A stretch of DNA of 64,000 bases from Candidatus Bathyarchaeota archaeon (GTDB lineage Archaea > Thermoproteota > Bathyarchaeia > Bathyarchaeales > Bathycorpusculaceae). The DNA is taken from assembly GCA_963717465.1 (NCBI GenBank), contig OY970340.1:2176001-2240000 (forward strand), read 5' to 3'. Positions 62,621 to 64,000 of this stretch are shown here, in pieces. Within the stretch, counting starts at the first letter, position 1. Each line of letters begins with the position of its first letter. Both the position numbers and the translations under genes were made by a program. Below the pieces are notes generated by a model that saw only the letters and a program-made list of their open reading frames with translations, ran no database searches and was not told where the DNA came from.

Positions 62621-63574
62621 TTAGCCATCGCTAAGTGAGGTTAACAAATTCTGATTTAGTAATTCTTTAAGGCCTTTCTTTAGTGTGAATTTAGGTTCGA
62701 ATCCTAAAGTTTTTGCTTTATTTATGTTAGCGTAGCTTTGTTTGATGTCTCCTTGTCTTGGCGGTTCTTTAATAATTTCTATTTTAGCATTAGTCAATAA
62801 TAGCATCGTCTTTGCAAGTTCATCGATTGTAACTGCTTTTCCTGTTCCTACGTTGAAGACCTCTTTACTTATGGTTTTATTTTCGAGCGCTATAACAATA
62901 GCGTTCACAACATCTTTTACGTAAACAAAGTCTCTTGTTTGTAATCCATCGCCGTAGATGGTTAAGGGGAGTTTTTGCTTGATTCGATCAATAAATTTGG
63001 TGATAACTCCGCTGTACTCATTTAATCCTTGTTTAGCACCGTAAACGTTAAAAAATCGAAGGACGATTGACTTGATATTGTTGGTTTTTAGGCCTAGAGT
63101 TTCTTTTTCTGCTGAAAGCTTGGATTCCGCGTATGGCGAAATAGGACGGGGCGGGTGCAATTCATCAATGGGTAAGTATATAGGGTCGCCATAAACAGCA
63201 CATGAAGATGCAAATATGAACTTTTGGATTTTATTTCTGACGCTATATTTAAGCAGATTCTTTGTTCCCCCAATATTTACTTCATTATTCAGTTGAGGGT
63301 TTTGAATCGAAAACGGCACACTTATTTGTGCAGCAAGATGAACAACTGCATCGATATTTCTAAGAGATTCATCGACAAGTTTTGAGTCTCTGATATCCCC
63401 TTTGATGAAATTGACTGATCCATTATTAAGAAGTTCTGAGTCAATGTTAGACAGTTTTCCAGTTGAGAGATTATCAATAATTCTTATTGTGTATCCTCGA
63501 GCGGCAAGTTCTTTGACAAGATGACTACCTATAAAGCCTGCGCCACCAGACACCAATATATTTGAAGATTGCAT
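62621..63574 (-). CDS. NAD-dependent nucleotide-sugar epimerase/dehydratase
   Basis: GGAGFIGSH, HLAA, SSCAVYG, YAESK, RFFNVYG, GDG.QTRDF. Confidence 0.92.
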   Translation of the reverse strand: MQSSNILVSGGAGFIGSHLVKELAARGYTIRIIDNLSTGKLSNIDSELLNNGSVNFIKGDIRDSKLVDESLRNIDAVVHLAAQISVPFSIQNPQLNNEVNIGGTKNLLKYSVRNKIQKFIFASSCAVYGDPIYLPIDELHPPRPISPYAESKLSAEKETLGLKTNNIKSIVLRFFNVYGAKQGLNEYSGVITKFIDRIKQKLPLTIYGDGLQTRDFVYVKDVVNAIVIALENKTISKEVFNVGTGKAVTIDELAKTMLLLTNAKIEIIKEPPRQGDIKQSYANINKAKTLGFEPKFTLKKGLKELLNQNLLTSLSDG

Positions 63575-63878
63575 TTTTTAGTTCTTACCCTTTTTGTGCC
63601 CCGTGATTTTTTAATAGGGATAGATGATTGAAAGATCTCACCAGAACAGGCTTTTCAAGTCTTTCTTATCTGGCTAAGAATTCAAAGACCAATGTTTTGT
63701 AATTAACAGGCATAAGGGGTTCTTATATTTACTCTTTAAGAATTATATGTAATGCACAAAAAAAGCTTAAAAGTCAATCAATCGCTTTGATTTTAAACGC
63801 TATGAGTTATCGTCAATTGGCTACACTGTAATCAATTGCATAGATACTTAATCATTCTAAAAATCAAGGGTTAAAGGG

Positions 63879-64000
63879 TTACTTTCCAAGACCTACTGCG
63901 CTGAAATTTATCTTGCTCTTGAATAGCTCGGGATTGTAGATTCTTCTTCCATCGATTACAATTGGTTGTTTCATGTTTTTGATAAAGTCCTGGGGGGTTA
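63879..64000 (-). CDS. 3' end of UDP-glucose/GDP-mannose dehydrogenase family gene (truncated by window edge)
   Basis: Minus strand reads ...MKQPIVIDGRRIYNP...FSAVGLGK*. Confidence 0.7.
   Translation of the reverse strand, partial: TPQDFIKNMKQPIVIDGRRIYNPELFKSKINFSAVGLGK

Noticed and set aside
883..62924. Many short antisense or overlapping ORFs in the track (e.g. 883-1203, 8176-8628, 12749-13291, 61460-61951)
   Set aside because: Shadows of well-supported genes with no independent motifs

Overview
Archaeal, low-GC window, most consistent with Bathyarchaeia (inferred from aIF-2beta, the aIF-1A/Rio1/KH cluster, an MtrH-like gene, a TFB paralogue, class III pilins and a TackOD1-like Zn protein). 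Contents in order: the 3' end of an mtrH-like gene; a UbiU/UbiV-like U32 pair with a small FxD-repeat peptide and a polyprenyl synthase; a ~16-kb cobamide salvage/remodelling cluster (cobT, RHH-CblS fusion, cbiB, cobD, apgM-like, cbiZ, btuFCD plus ABC-2 pair, DUF71, cobS, cobY, cbiA); translation/ribosome-biogenesis genes; a wHTH + ParA/MinD pair followed by a nuclease- and noncoding-rich region with a degenerate IS; a type IV pilus/adhesin locus; repeat-rich surface proteins; nucleotide-sugar genes. Many genes are split by single-base indels, probably sequencing errors. Main unannotated signals: (1) five intergenic copies of a 25-bp asymmetric box GTATACAAAAGCATCRNCRAAACAC, confined to 32.7-38.6 kb, starting right after the ParA/MinD gene and bracketing a 2-kb ORF-free tract (candidate centromere-like or non-ORB origin locus); (2) a palindrome GGTTGGATWATCCAACC at three sites of the cobamide cluster, plus an RHH/alpha-ribazole-kinase-like fusion regulator; (3) a candidate C/D guide RNA predicted to direct Cm34 on tRNA-Leu(CAA); (4) a ~1870-aa pilin-adhesin hidden by two frameshifts. 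All calls were made by eye, without searches.
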